A stretch of 62,023 nucleotides of DNA, the filler included, from Dirinaria sp. TL-2023a (lineage: Eukaryota): the NCBI GenBank assembly GCA_051941275.1. It is 4 parts of 4 records of this genome, joined end to end, with 100 filler letters (N's around TTAATTAATTAA, not from the genome) between each part and the next. Parts side by side here need not be neighbours in the genome. Positions count along the whole stretch, not along the records: positions 46,657 to 62,023 come from JAVEBF010000550.1; 3 more parts are not named here. One strand, written 5' to 3'. Under the pieces are notes generated by a model. It was not told where the DNA came from, ran no database searches, and saw nothing but the letters and a program-made list of their open reading frames with translations. How positions within the stretch are numbered: the first letter of the stretch is position 1; each line of letters begins with the position of its first letter. The translations under genes were made by a program, and so were the position numbers. Below, piece after piece: positions 49,269 to 61,998 of this stretch.

Positions 49269-49834
49269 ATTGTAAAGACGAGGGATTGCGTCTCTGAAAA
49301 TTTTAGGATGTAAAGGACGGCGATTTCAGTTTTGGCCGGGTACCAACGCAGAGGTGTGAGGGTAGAGTAAGAGAGGCGTGTGCTGTTTCAAATACTGGTC
49401 GTGACTCTCAGGAAGAGATAATTCCAGGTCTAACCAATGGATGAGAAAAGAACTTAGCATACAGCACCTTAGTATACAAGTCATGAGTTCAAGTAGGTAA
49501 GGTAGGTTGAAGGCCAAGAATGACGCAACAAGTCCTGTGAAAGCTTCCTCGGTCCGAGAATTTTCCGCCGTACAGCAGCGCGTCCTTTACCTCGCGACAC
49601 TGATTCAGGTACTGGTAAGTAAGCTTGGCAATGTGTGTCAAGGTGTGAATGAAGCAGTGTGCAAGAGCATGGAAAGCGATATGTGATGCACTGAAAAGCC
49701 AACAGACTTCGAGTGAAAGACACTGCATGTTTTTGTCAGAACGCTATGATAGTCTTATTCAGCAATGTTAACCTCTCTCCTAACGACATACTCCCATTTG
49801 AGTCCCTACATGCCATGAGGACTTCTATGCTAAT

Positions 49835-52800
49835 ATGCATGACATGACAAGATCTCCTGGCGATGCAACTTTTAATGGTAGTACGCTACCTCAGTTGCTG
49901 CCATCCAACACACGCGAGCAATTTGCTGTTCATCCCGACCAGGTGCAAAACCCTTTACTCAACCCTACCGTGAACGTGGAAGACCCATCATCTGCTTGGC
50001 CACATCGGTACCTTGAGCGACGGCGAAAAAGCAGGGAGCTCCTCAATAGGTTTGTCCTGGCTCTTTGTTATGTATGTAGTACGAGCTAGGAGCTGATCCT
50101 TGCCACTCAGGTTCTATTATCAATTACGCCATGGCTGTGAGAATCCTGGTTGTAAGACGCCCAGCTGCCTCACTTACCAGAAAAGATCGTCGAAAGGTCC
50201 TTTCCGCCCATATAGTGTGCTTAGTGCTCGGGCTCTAGCAACTTTTCTTGCAAGTCAAGACTACCCTGAGCGGTATCTATGCCCCAACCCAATCTCACAA
50301 CTCTCAGCGTCAAGAGAGGCCGTGCTATCGAACGAGTCTTGTGAACACCCAAAATGTAACGAAACAGGTCACGTAGCTTCTCCGAAGAAGGCGAAAAAGT
50401 CTGTCCATTGGTGCGAAGAATCTACCAGGGCCCATCATGGAATGCCGAATGGTCATACTCCTACGCCAGCCCCACAGGCAAAAGCCGAAAGTCCAGACTT
50501 GGCGCAGGCATCAAAATCAAAGACAGATGGGAAAAGTGCGAATGTGGAGTTCAAAAAGGATGTGAAGTCTTTTACGCAGGCACTTTTTGATACACTTTCT
50601 TTTAAGGTCTTTCAATTGGCAAAAATCCCAGAAGGCTACTCCCTGTGGGCCCCGTGGGCTTCTGAAGCAGCGGTCAAAGATAGAATATACGCCGGCCAGT
50701 CTCTCGTGAATCAACAGATTGCTGAGCTGGACCACAGACCATATGGCCCATTATCCGCTGCCGGGCAAAATAAAAAAGACGTAGGCAAATTTTTGCACAG
50801 CCAAGGCTTATTCACGGATCAAGAATCTCCCCCAGAGGACGCCGACCATGCGAATAATACACCTCAATCCGACACAGCAGCAATTCAGAACACAAGTCCA
50901 AGTGTACATCAACATCTTGAACAAGCACTGGATACGCACTATCACAACCTTTCAAGAACTATATCCGGATCCATACCCAAATTTCTACTTAATAAACCGT
51001 ACCCGCCTTTTCTCTATAGAATGGGTATGGGTAGTGTGCAACCGCCAATGGCCCTGGGCCAATTTAATCTTGAAAACAGTGCTGCTTTGGTTGACTCTGT
51101 AAGGAGCCTGAGCGAGCCTGTTGCATACCCTGGCAGTCAATTTCTGCGTTTTCTCGGTCGCCCGACTGCAGCTGTGCCACTTGTTGCTTTTCAACTAGGT
51201 TGTGCCACAAAAGATCAACGGAATGTTGCATTTGCAACTCAGTCCCTGATATATGTTCTTAGCAATGCCAAGTGCCTGCTGAATTCGTTTGAAGGCAGGG
51301 ACGCTCGTTTTGGGCGCTTCTTCGATTTCTTAAGAATTGAATACGCTTTCCGAAACCTTCTTGAGGTGGATTTCTATCCCTCAAATTTGCTACCTAGTCT
51401 GTGGATCCATTTAAGCAAATCAGAGCAGATATTGCGTGCTCAAATACGAGAAGGGCGCTACATCCCTTTCCGAGCTGTCTTTCACGGTCTCGAAGACTGT
51501 CCTACCCAGCCAGCCGTAGTCGGCAGCAGCGGATTCGTTCATATCATGAACATCGTTGTGGCAGCACTCGTCGCTTCAGTTCGTCCGTGCAATCCAAAAG
51601 AATGGGCTATCATGCAACGCCTTCGATCATCAGGCCGTACAGTCCCCAGAGATAGCGAGTGGCCTTGTAGTAATGACCGTCGAAAGCATCTGCTAGACAC
51701 TATGGACATCTTCGATGATGAGATGGCTCTGAAACTTATAAAGAAATTGGTCAGGGTAACAATGATGCACTGTATGGCCGCAAGATATTTGACGACCGAA
51801 CCCAAGCCCGCTAGGCCCCCCAAAAGCGTTCTAGATCACTGGATTGCAAAATGTGGAGTGAACAGGACACATTGGATCAAGGGGTCTGTTAAGTTCAACA
51901 GAGATTGGAGCTCAGAGTTCGTCCAGTATCCATTTGTCTATATTCTGGTTGACTGGCTTCGAGCGATTATACTCAAGGAATGGGATGGGAAAGCTGTCAT
52001 TTTGAAGAATTCACCTGTGTGGGAAGCTGTAGAATTCTTATCAGCACTATGTATTCGCTTCCAACAAACCTTCTACCATGATTTTGCTAATCAGTCACGC
52101 AGACCACCATGCTGAGTTTTTGGCGCTGAGGGCCGATTACTTCCACATGTTTTTTCTTGTTGAGCGGCTCAATATTTTGGAGGTGCCCGCCGAATGGGTG
52201 CGAGCTTCTGTTGGCGAGGAATCGGTGCATATCCTGTCGTATCCGTTTCTCTTTCCACCACATGCTCTCGCTCAATACTTTCGCGCTATCAACCATGCTG
52301 CCATGTTCGAGGCATACGAGTCCACATTATTGTCAAGCCGCGTGCTGAGCCTGATGAATTATCGAGACCGGAGTACCCATATTGGGACGCAGCGTCCTGT
52401 CGATGGGGTCGACATAGAGACCAACAGATTCTTTGTACTTGAGATCAGTCGCGAAAACATTCTCACCGATGCACTGGATCAGCTCTGGAGACGGCAGAGG
52501 CGAGAGATCTTGAAGCCGCTCAAGGTTCGTTTGGGCGTACATGAGGGTGAGGAAGGCGTCGACCATGGTGGCGTGCAACAGGAGTTCTTTCGACTTGCGA
52601 TAGCAGAAGCATTCAAACCCGAATATGGTAAGTTCTAGCGGGAGCAATGCCCACGACGCGACTAAAAAAGTGTCCTCCAGGTATGTTTGTTACTGACGAT
52701 CAATCGGGAATGTCTTGGTTTCAATCAGGCTCGCTCGAGCCGCTTTACAAGTTCCAGTTGCTCGGGCTTTTGGTCTCGCTTGCCGTGTACAATGGGCTTA

Positions 52801-53618
52801 CTCTACCTTTTACGTTCCCTCTTGCTCTGTACAGAAGGCTGCTGGGACAGCCAAATCGGACCACTCAGCACATCGAGGACGGCTGGCCAGTTCTGGCAAA
52901 GGGTCTTGCGAATTTATTGCAGTGGGAAGATGGCGACGTCGAAGATGTCTTCATGAGATCCTATGAATTCACTGTGGAGATTCCCGGTTCAACTGTCTCC
53001 TTTAATATGGAACCTCGCAAAGCCACAGAGCGAGAGAGAGAGCCAGGCATGGTTAACAATAAAAATCGCGCTCGTTATGTACATGACTATATCTCTTGGC
53101 TCACTGCCGCGTCGGTTAATCCACAATACCGAGCCTTTGCGCAAGGCTTTTACTGCTGCCTTAGCCGCCGGGCAACCTCCATGTTTGGACCGAGAACACT
53201 GAAGCTCTTGGTGGAAGGCACACACGACATCGACGTCGTTGCGCTACAGAGCGCAACAAGGTATGATGGATATACTGCCGATGATGCTGCTATCAAGGCT
53301 TTCTGGCACACCGTCTATTCCTTCTCTCAAGAACAGATGCGCAAGCTGCTCGAATTCGTTACGGCTAGTGATCGAGCCCCTTTTGGTGGAGTCCGCACAA
53401 TCGACTTTACCATCCAGAGGAATGGTTCGGGCGATGATGGAGTAAGTCACTTGAACTCTGCTGAGACGTCGAGCTCGCAACTAATATTTTGCCAGCGCTT
53501 GCCCAGCAGCTCCACCTGCTTCAACCGTCTCCTGTTACCTGAATATTCAAGCCGAGAGCTCATGAAGGAGAAATTATGCACTGCGATTGAAAATAGTCAA
53601 GGCTTTGGTGTCGTTTAA
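49835..53618 (+). CDS. HECT-domain E3 ubiquitin ligase with N-terminal AZUL-like Cys motif, about 5 exons
   Basis: YYQLRHGCENPGCKTPSC; KPLKV..G..EGEEGVDHGGVQQEFF; LLGLLVSLAVYNG; LLEFVTASDR; catalytic RLPSSSTCFNRLLLPEY. Start codon uncertain (49835 or 49844). Confidence 0.9.
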
Positions 53619-54390
53619 GCTAGGATATAGGCCCGGCATTGGAGAATTTCCGCGATCGAAGTTTACGTCTGTACTTTCAAGGAAGCGTAGAGCTGATGAT
53701 ACCCCTGTACTACTATTATCCTTCGAGGTTGATCAACGAGCAAAGGGCTTAAACGAAGCCTCTTATCCGTAAGATCGTTTCGATTACTGCAAACAAACTT
53801 CTCCACCGGAAACCCTAATGCGTCCTTACAAGACAGATCGCATCGCGTTTCGTAGACACGTTATGATGGGCTTTCGCTCTCCTTGGTTCTGCCCATAGGC
53901 GGGTCTTAAAGACTTCTAGCCTGCTATAATCGTATTGTGCGCACTGATTTTGCGGCGTACCTTAGTCTCGACTGAGATCTTTTGGCACTTGCCTCTCTCT
54001 CATTCGTAGGACGTTGATGACGCACCTCTGCTGAAGTGAGAAGGTCTGCGCCTCCGATTGGTCGTTGAAAAAGTTCCAAGTTTGGAAGCAGCTAGTGAAC
54101 CATCGCTCGACGGGTTACGAACGGGGGTTACGAATGGCTTGGCGCAGCGGCAGATCGGCTGCGCCACCCGATGCCATCCCTGGAGTGCAGGAGTCAGAGT
54201 GCGTCGTGTGCGTCGTGTGCGTCGTGTCAGACACTCAGACTTCACTGCCTTCCCTCAGGTGGATGATCATGTAACTCATTTATCATGCCTGAACCTCCGT
54301 TTTCTCCATACTATTCTCATCCTCGCACCGGGACTTTTCCATTTGTCACTGTATTTCCTCAAACCTCGTTCGCGGATCGGGCAGGAAGGG

Positions 54391-55884
54391 ATGTTGGATG
54401 AAAACCTTCCAAGTAAGTACCCTGCTACTCTACCTTATTGCATCAGCAAATACTGACTATCCTTAGCCTTTTACCTTCGTGCCTCGAACGATGGGGTGAA
54501 GCACAATGCCAGCGTTCTTCTATCTCACCACGGCTCTGATGCCACACCAGAATACTCCCTACGACACCCAGATCCATCTCTGACAGCTTCCAAGAATCGC
54601 TACGCGTCGGCCCTCTACGATAGCTACAACCCCGACATCCTCTTCGGAGAGGTGCTGCTCATCCCTGAATGGACTCAACCCACGCCTAACAAAGAGGAGG
54701 TTCGCCTCAACGGGGGCATCCCACCGCCACCGCAGCCCATCCTCCCCACTGAGTTTGTGATCCAACTCTACAACCCAGATCAGCAGGTCAAGGTCAAAGC
54801 AAAGCCGGGAACATGGAACTGCTCAGCCTCTTGGGATTTCGAGATGCCGCAGCAAAGCTTTCGTCAGCCGTCCATTTCGACCATCGACCGTACTCAGAGC
54901 GATCCTACGGCATCCGAGACAACGCCGAAAGTCAGTTTCAAATGGAAGAAGGACGGCAAGTTCGCCAAAGATTACGTGTGCGCAATAGCGGGTAGATCGA
55001 CGAACCCTGATGGAAGCAAAAGAAAGCATAAGGAGCCGGACATCCCGGTTGCGCTGTTCAAGCATCTCAGAGAGATCACTCTCTATGAATCAAATCTCTC
55101 CCGAGTCGAGATGGAAGATCCTAAAGGCTTAGAAGTAGTCCTTCTACTAGGGGCTATTGTCATCCGAGAAGTTTACAACGGCCAAATGCAGGAGACCTTC
55201 AATATCACGAATGCACCGGTCCGGGTTCCCATACTCACGGAGCCAGCTCCTCCCCAACGCCCACCAAGAGCACCAATGAGCTCAAACTCACCTCAGCAAG
55301 CCCCAATATCTTCCTCGCCTCGCATACCTCTTCAAAGCCAACCTCCAAACCCGCGCCCTCCACCAACAGACTTGCGCTCGCAGTGGGAGCTTGACGCTGA
55401 AACAGTGCGTCTCAAGAAGCTCGTGGAGAAGGAGCAACGAGACCGCAAACGCAGAGAGCAAGCGGAGACTAAGCGGGTGAGAAAGATGATCGAAGAGGAG
55501 GAACGCGAAGCCGCTCGAAAGAAAGCTGAGAATGACCGCAAAAAGCAAGCTGAGATCGATAGAGAGACTGAGCGTCTCAGAAGGGAGTTCGAGGCAGAAA
55601 GAAGGCGGGCACAGCAAATGGGTGCCTTCGTGCAGCCACCCGTCCAACGACCACATAGTGCGCAGCCTGTCATGAGCGGGGCAAGACCGCATCCGCAGCC
55701 GACTCCGGGGCCATATTTACAACCACTGAGTGAAAATGCTGTGTCCAGCGTTTTCTCCTCGGCACCCGCCGCAGGGCGGAACAGCGGCCAGAAGGTGAAG
55801 ACAAAGAAGAGCTTTTGGGGAGCCAGGGGCGGGTCCGGTCGGCCTGATGGGCGTCTGGTCAGGAAGCAGAGTTCAGTCTTTTAA
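54391..55884 (+). CDS. Conserved fungal protein of unknown function, 2 exons
   Basis: MLDENLPT|FYL across intron 54413-54466; globular N-terminal half (..EMEDPKGLEVVLLLGAIVIREVY), then Pro-rich and charged coiled-coil regions. Confidence 0.8.
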
Positions 55885-56303
55885 ACTACATGGACCATTC
55901 TCCATTATTGGCTCTACCAATACTTGATGAAACTTGGGTATTCTTAGAGACAATTACGTCTGCATAGTCAGCGGAGCATTGGGCTGCTTGGGTTTTTTTA
56001 CTAAGGCATAGCGAATGAAGATATGGGTTGGTATCTAAAATTTCTAGCCAGAGCCCAATCTCTCAAGTGATTTTCGTGATTTGAGAATCTAAAGCCAGAA
56101 GTGTTATCTGAGTCACGTGAGTTCGCGACCGAGTCTTAGAAGAGGGAAGCCCTAAAACACCTCCATTACGGCAGACTTTAAGCGAGCCACGGTCTGACGC
56201 CGCGTCATTGTATCATTCCACCATGATGTGAAAATATCTGCATCGCTCTTCAACCACGGTTGATGATATTCTCTGCCACTTGCTCTAATTCTTCTGTATC
56301 ACC

Positions 56304-57728
56304 ATGCCACTTGGAATTACGCGCCTCAACGCTCGCCACCAACAACCCAACTCCCGAATAACGTTCATCAAGCCCCTTCCAGGCTCGACTTCAGAATACG
56401 CTCAGGATTTCCTTGAGCGCATTGCTGCAATATGCCATCCCATCATGAAAGCAAATCACCTCTCCATCACGACGCTTGAGGAATACGAGCCAAACGCTGA
56501 ATTTGTAGGCCGCAACTTCAATGCCGGGGAAATCATCCAGTTGGTTCTGAGAGCCAGGAACGGACAGTGGCTCAACTTTCGGAGCGTGCAGATGGTCATG
56601 ATGCACGAGCTGGCCCATTGCATGCAGATGAATCACAGTGGCGCATTTTGGAAGGTTCGAAATCAGTATGCGGAGGAGTTGAGGGGTCTGTGGGGTAAAG
56701 GCTACACTGGCGATGGCTTCTGGGGGAAGGGCAAGACAATTCTGAGTGAGCGGTACGAGAATACGCAGCCTGTGGCTCCGGAGATCATGCCGAGCAACCT
56801 GTGTGGTGGGACATTCCGATCACGACGCCGGAAACGGAAGAGGAAGTCCGGCGCAGCGGAGAAGACGATCACGTATGCGGAACGGCAACAGAGACGCATC
56901 GAAAAGAAATTCGGTACCAATGGAGTTGCTCTTGGAGGTGATGAGGAGGCTCGAGTCAAGCTTGAGTACGGGCAAAAGAAGGTGAAGGCCAAGCCTAGGG
57001 TGGCTGGCAGTTCCAGAGGTCGAGAACTCAGAGCCGCAGCGGCGCTAGCGAGATTCGGGCAGCAGAAGGAAGAAGAATCTACAAAAGAGGGCCTCAATAA
57101 GGAAGAAGCCGGATCTGAAAGCGGCAGTGATACGGAGGATGATTACCAGGTAGCTGACGAGGGAAAGGAGGCCGTTAATGTCGATGGGTCAAGGATCCTT
57201 GACGGTAAAGGCCAAGGTATGGTTCGGGTTTGCGAGAACGAAGACAGTGATGATATCTATGTCAAGCAAGAATTGCAGGAACTGCAGGATCTGGAACATG
57301 TTGGCACTGGCCCTCAAACGGCTTCGAGTAGCCGAATAGCTTCTGAAGACGGCGCAGACAGGGGTGCTAATCCTGCTACTCATCCTACCACCGAGAACGA
57401 CCCGGAAATCACAAACATCACACAAGAGCCTATGAGTCGCTCCATTCAACCTTCATCTGCTGCTGCTGCACCCAATGATGGCCAACCTGCAAAGCAAACT
57501 TCACCGGTAACATCAAATAAATCTGACACAGCCGCTCTCAGCTGCGAAATCTGTTCAATGGCCAACGAACCAACAGCCACCACCTGCACCGCATGTTTAC
57601 ACGTTCTAGACACCACCGACGATTCCACCTTCTGGCGGTGTAATTCTGACGAATGCAAAGAAAGCCGCTATATCAATTCTGTAGATACTCAATGGTGTGG
57701 TGTCTGTCAGCATCGACGTCGAGGGTGA
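56304..57728 (+). CDS. WLM-domain (Wss1-like) metalloprotease with C-terminal Cys zinc fingers
   Basis: LEEYEPN.EFVGRNFNAGEIIQLVL, MHELAHCMQMNH (HExxH...H), CEIC..N....C.AC and C....C...CGVC; intronless. Confidence 0.9.
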   Translation: MPLGITRLNARHQQPNSRITFIKPLPGSTSEYAQDFLERIAAICHPIMKANHLSITTLEEYEPNAEFVGRNFNAGEIIQLVLRARNGQWLNFRSVQMVMMHELAHCMQMNHSGAFWKVRNQYAEELRGLWGKGYTGDGFWGKGKTILSERYENTQPVAPEIMPSNLCGGTFRSRRRKRKRKSGAAEKTITYAERQQRRIEKKFGTNGVALGGDEEARVKLEYGQKKVKAKPRVAGSSRGRELRAAAALARFGQQKEEESTKEGLNKEEAGSESGSDTEDDYQVADEGKEAVNVDGSRILDGKGQGMVRVCENEDSDDIYVKQELQELQDLEHVGTGPQTASSSRIASEDGADRGANPATHPTTENDPEITNITQEPMSRSIQPSSAAAAPNDGQPAKQTSPVTSNKSDTAALSCEICSMANEPTATTCTACLHVLDTTDDSTFWRCNSDECKESRYINSVDTQWCGVCQHRRRG

Positions 57729-58117
57729 TTACGGATATATATGGGTTAAATCATGTTTGAGGATTGCAGCAGAGCATGGCGTCAATAGTGGAAATCGTGC
57801 ATAGAGCCTTGATTTCCTGAAGATAGCCGAATGCATGATATCGTCGGTAGCGCGTTTTCGCATTATCATCCGAAAAAAAAACCACCTTACAGGAAGACTA
57901 CACCATAGCCACAGGCTACAATCCAAAGACAATGTACAGTCAATTTGAGGTCCAACGGCTTTCTTCGAACTACAATAGAAGAAGATCCACACTACTACGT
58001 CCCTGGGGACTGAGCTTAATTGCGAACAATCCACGATGAAGATCATACCACACAAAAAGCTCATTTAAAAGGCAACCTAATCTAGCCGTCGAGAAAAGTG
58101 AGATTGAGGAAGTTTCA

Positions 58118-59448
58118 TTAGATCGTTTTCCTGAACATGGCTTTAATAGAGTGAACATACCCGAACCTCTATGAAAGGACTTACCATGTCATACCTGGCC
58201 TCTCGGTTTTCGGGGTATGCACCGCATTTCGATCGGCGAAGGGATCATCATCATCTGCCTCTTCCGCGCTATCATCCTCATCGCTCTCCAGAGTCTTCTG
58301 TTTGCCATTCAGGGCCACATTCGGTATCCCAGGCTTGGGAAATGACAGCCCTGCAAAACCTTGGCGTGCACTACTTATGCTGGGAGACTCGCCAGTCGCT
58401 ACCCCTGAACCATCGCTGTCCCACTCATCGCTATCGCTGTCATTCTCGACGCTCTTGTCCAGCACTTCGAAGGCCATCAGGGCGTTCACCAGCTCGTCGT
58501 TGGCGTGGATCAGGCTGCCGAGCCATTGTTCGCTTTCGACAAATTGGATGTAGCGCAGAATCTGCCGCCGCAGTAGCTTGCAATTCTCGAATCTTGTAAC
58601 GGCTTCGGCATCCTCGCTCACGCGCTTGTTCTCCCGGTCCATTAACTTGAGCGCGTTCATCAAGTTGGTGCTGGCGACTGAGGAGGAGGCGATCGCTTGA
58701 AGGAGTTGAGGCTTCTCCTTTTCGAGGTTGAAGGGCTTGTGTTTGGACTTCTTCTTTCTCGAGGTATCGGATCTGAAGGAAGTGAGGCCTGGTCTTCCTA
58801 GTGCAGTGGTGGTGGTTGGTGATGAGAGCTGGGAATGGGAAGAAGATGCGACTGGATCTCGGTAGTCGTTGTTGCTGAACGGGTCTTCCTGCGCCTCCCG
58901 TTCGGTCTCACGGATTACCTTTGACTGATCCTGCCGGACAGGTTTCTTGCGTTGAGGAAGCTGCTTATGTAGCGCTACTATCCGCTCCATGCCCGGTGTC
59001 GACTGGTAGGTAGCAGCCCACTGGCGGAAGAGGATGTAACATCGCCTCTTAACTTCAGGGTCAGAAAGGGAATCTGTAGCGGCGACACGGAGTCGCTCCA
59101 GTAGTGGTTCATCGGCGAATGCTCGCTGGAAACGAGGTCCTGCGTTTTCGATAAGACCATCGAGGACGGTCAAGGCTCGGAGCTGTTTGTGGACATTGCC
59201 GTATTTCCTACGCGCCGGGATTCAGCATTTGCTGTTCAGTAGAGCGTGAGCCTGTATACTCACAGCTTCTTCCGAATCGCCCTTGCAGCCTCAACGGGGC
59301 CTTCGGCCTGTAAACGAATGACCTCGATCAGGTCTGGGATACCGCTCATGTCATCGGCATCGTATTGCTCGTCGGTCAAACGGTCAACCTGGACCGTGAT
59401 GGCCGAATACGGCTTCTTCTTGAATGACGAAAAGCTAGACGTCAGCAT
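58118..59448 (-). CDS. LSB5: VHS/GAT-domain protein Lsb5-like, 3 exons
   Basis: KKPYSAITVQV, GPVEAARAIRKKL|KYGNVHKQLRALTVLDGLIENAG, GAT region LRYIQFVESEQWLGSLIHANDEL, DPFAD; last micro-exon gives ...MTWKTI*. Confidence 0.88.
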
Positions 59449-60534
59449 CTTTGGGATCTTTGATATCTTAGGTATCTTGAGGATAGACAACGACTGGAAA
59501 ATGACCGATCCATCGACCACATAGCAAGATATAGGACAAACAGCTAAAGCCATTGCAACAAACGGCGCTCAAAATATATGACGACGTTCAAACAAGGTGA
59601 TTCGACAATGTTCACGTATCCTTCACGATTACTCTACAACGACCAGACTTTCACAGCAAGCGGATCGAACAATAAGTAAATCCAGTCGGCCAATTCACCC
59701 CACTTACAGTCGTGGAAAACATGACTTCCTCAGATGCCCGACGCCGACTGCCACAATGAATGCAAGGTTCGTAGCACAGACGTCTGTCTGCTACCTTACA
59801 GTATGAGTACAGTAGTTCATCTCACGGTTACCTGCACCCCATAAGGGGTCACACAAATCGAGGGATTCCACACAGCGCCCCGCTCAGGTACATGTAGGCT
59901 CGCAGGGGTTTGGAATAACAATTTGGCGAACAGTACAGTACGGGGTAGCTTTCTTGTTATGCTCGGAGTTCGTCATCCGGGGGGGGCTACGATGATTATC
60001 GTAGGCTCCGGCTTACCTTAGCTAGCTTACTACTTACTGTACAGTGTGCTCGGCGGTCGAGCCGAGCGATGCACGTAAGTCGTAAGGCCAAGCAGGCCAA
60101 GCCGGCCTAGAACTCCAGGTAGAATGGTACGGAGTTACATGGTACGGAGTTACCTTAGGTCAGCAGATCGTCACTGGCGTCATGCCCGTACGCCTCGGTA
60201 CTGGATCCTAGCTGCTTTGGTAGAGAACGAGCCAATCAAATCTGACCTCCTGCTAGCTCCCGAAAGCTTATCAGAGCTTCAGTTCCACACCTCGACGAGA
60301 AGTTCAGGAACTCGGCATTGCTCCATCCATATAGAGTACGGGAAGTTGCGATTAATATCTCCAGATGAGATAGCCCTTGTAGGAGATGTAGGAGGTACTG
60401 GAAGAGCTGGGGGCCTATTTTCCAGAGCGGGCCTTTCTTCACGAAGCACATGGACAACAGGCTCCTACAAACCTAGAATCAGGATGGGATGAGAGCGGCC
60501 GGTATCCTCTGGTCAAGAGCTAAAAAATCCTTCT

Positions 60535-61998
60535 ATGGAGCTAGACTTTGATTCTTTCCTACTCGTGTCTGGCTTTACCCCGATCAACCAACGTATCAGT
60601 TCGAGTAATGATTGTGAAGTGGCAGCTCCCATCAAACCTGCAGCGACTATATCAAGCCCCGGTCAAAAAAGAAATTCCGTCAATTCGTCCGACATCAAGT
60701 CTGATAGCAGTGAACCCGCTTACAAGAAGCCTCGACCGTGCAATACCAAACCTGTAGCCCAGCATGCTAGCAACACAACGCAAGACATTTCAAAGACATC
60801 CGTGACTAGAAAACCTGGATCATTCACTAAAGACCCTACTGTTCCAGACTCTAAGGGAGTTGTCAAGCAGAGCTCCACAGAGCGAAGTTCCAGTAACCAT
60901 CAACTTAATCACGCTGGCTTGGGCCAAGCTTACCAAAAAGCGTACGAGAGGGGAGGTGCAAATTCGTCGAGTAGGAGTGACTGCCAACCAGCAAATTTCC
61001 CTGATTTCTTTGATGATGCTGAGGCTCATATCCATGACTTTGAAATATGTGATTTCAGTAGCGACGACGATATCTTCGACAGCCTTATTGATGAAGGTTT
61101 TGATAAGATAGCTGACTTTGCAAGAGCGTCTACCGATCAGAAGTCGCCTGCATCAGCTGGTTTGGCGGCAGAAGAAGCCTTTGATGATGACGACCTCGAT
61201 GCAGAGCTGTTGAAAGTCGAGTTCTCAGTGCCCGAACAGAGTCATGGAGAGTCACCTCCGTTCACGCAACGGACTCCCCCAGTGCCTCGGCTTCAGATCA
61301 CGCCTCCTACGCCGTCTAAGTCCTCAGCCCGTCAGCAGCTTCCTCAATCGCTGCCAAGTGCCACCGATACAACCGCCCTCATGCCTCCAACGCCGTCTAC
61401 GTCCTCAGCCCGTCAGCAGCTTCCTCCATCGCTTCCGAGTGCCACCAATCCAACCGCCCTCACGCCTCCAAAATCACCTCTAGCCGAAAAATCCCCAAAC
61501 GTGCAAAAGCGCAACGCCCCTTCCGAGAACAGCTCCCTGAACCCATTCACCCGCTCGCCCTTTCCCTCCCCTCTGCTTTCCCGCAAAGCAGTACCGGGCC
61601 TCTCTCCAGAACTCCGTCTCCGGATCTGCTTTCGCATCGGCGAAGCCCTCACGTGCCACTCGAACGACACAATCGTAGAGCTCTACTGCCGCGTGAGACA
61701 CAGCCACCGGGAAGAGGCCAACAGTAGCCACAAACAAGTTTTCGAGTTCTGTGACCTCTTTCATCCGGACAGTCCGCCCTTTCTCGCAGGCCAATACGCG
61801 ATCTGGAAAGATACACCGCTGTGGGATTATGACGCCCGACAATTTCTCCTGGACGAGAACGGTGGAGGAGAAAAGAAGATGGCAAGGGTTGTGGGCAGGA
61901 TCGAGAATGCCGATCGAGGCGCGCAGATGAATGTGCTGAGTATTTGGGCGGCGGACTGGGACGATGTGCATGTGGTGCGTAGAGTCGTTTCTGCGTGA
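60535..61998 (+). CDS. Uncharacterised protein: long disordered N-terminus and compact C-terminal beta-rich (OB-fold-like) domain
   Basis: 487-aa ORF; C-terminal ~130 aa RICFRIGEAL..ELYCRV..S..KQVFEFCD..RVVGR..VLSIW. Confidence 0.75.
   Translation: MELDFDSFLLVSGFTPINQRISSSNDCEVAAPIKPAATISSPGQKRNSVNSSDIKSDSSEPAYKKPRPCNTKPVAQHASNTTQDISKTSVTRKPGSFTKDPTVPDSKGVVKQSSTERSSSNHQLNHAGLGQAYQKAYERGGANSSSRSDCQPANFPDFFDDAEAHIHDFEICDFSSDDDIFDSLIDEGFDKIADFARASTDQKSPASAGLAAEEAFDDDDLDAELLKVEFSVPEQSHGESPPFTQRTPPVPRLQITPPTPSKSSARQQLPQSLPSATDTTALMPPTPSTSSARQQLPPSLPSATNPTALTPPKSPLAEKSPNVQKRNAPSENSSLNPFTRSPFPSPLLSRKAVPGLSPELRLRICFRIGEALTCHSNDTIVELYCRVRHSHREEANSSHKQVFEFCDLFHPDSPPFLAGQYAIWKDTPLWDYDARQFLLDENGGGEKKMARVVGRIENADRGAQMNVLSIWAADWDDVHVVRRVVSA
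61300..61461 (+). repeat. In-frame 81-bp imperfect tandem duplication
   Basis: Encodes TPPTPSKSSARQQLPQSLPSATDTTAL / MPPTPSTSSARQQLPPSLPSATNPTAL. Confidence 0.92.

Noticed and set aside
17853..53495. Several stop-free 3n introns (AFG1 x2, BEM1, THP3, IMH1-like, HECT) read through by the ORF track
   Set aside because: About what is expected for 45-60-nt introns, and ascertainment is biased towards those inside long ORFs.
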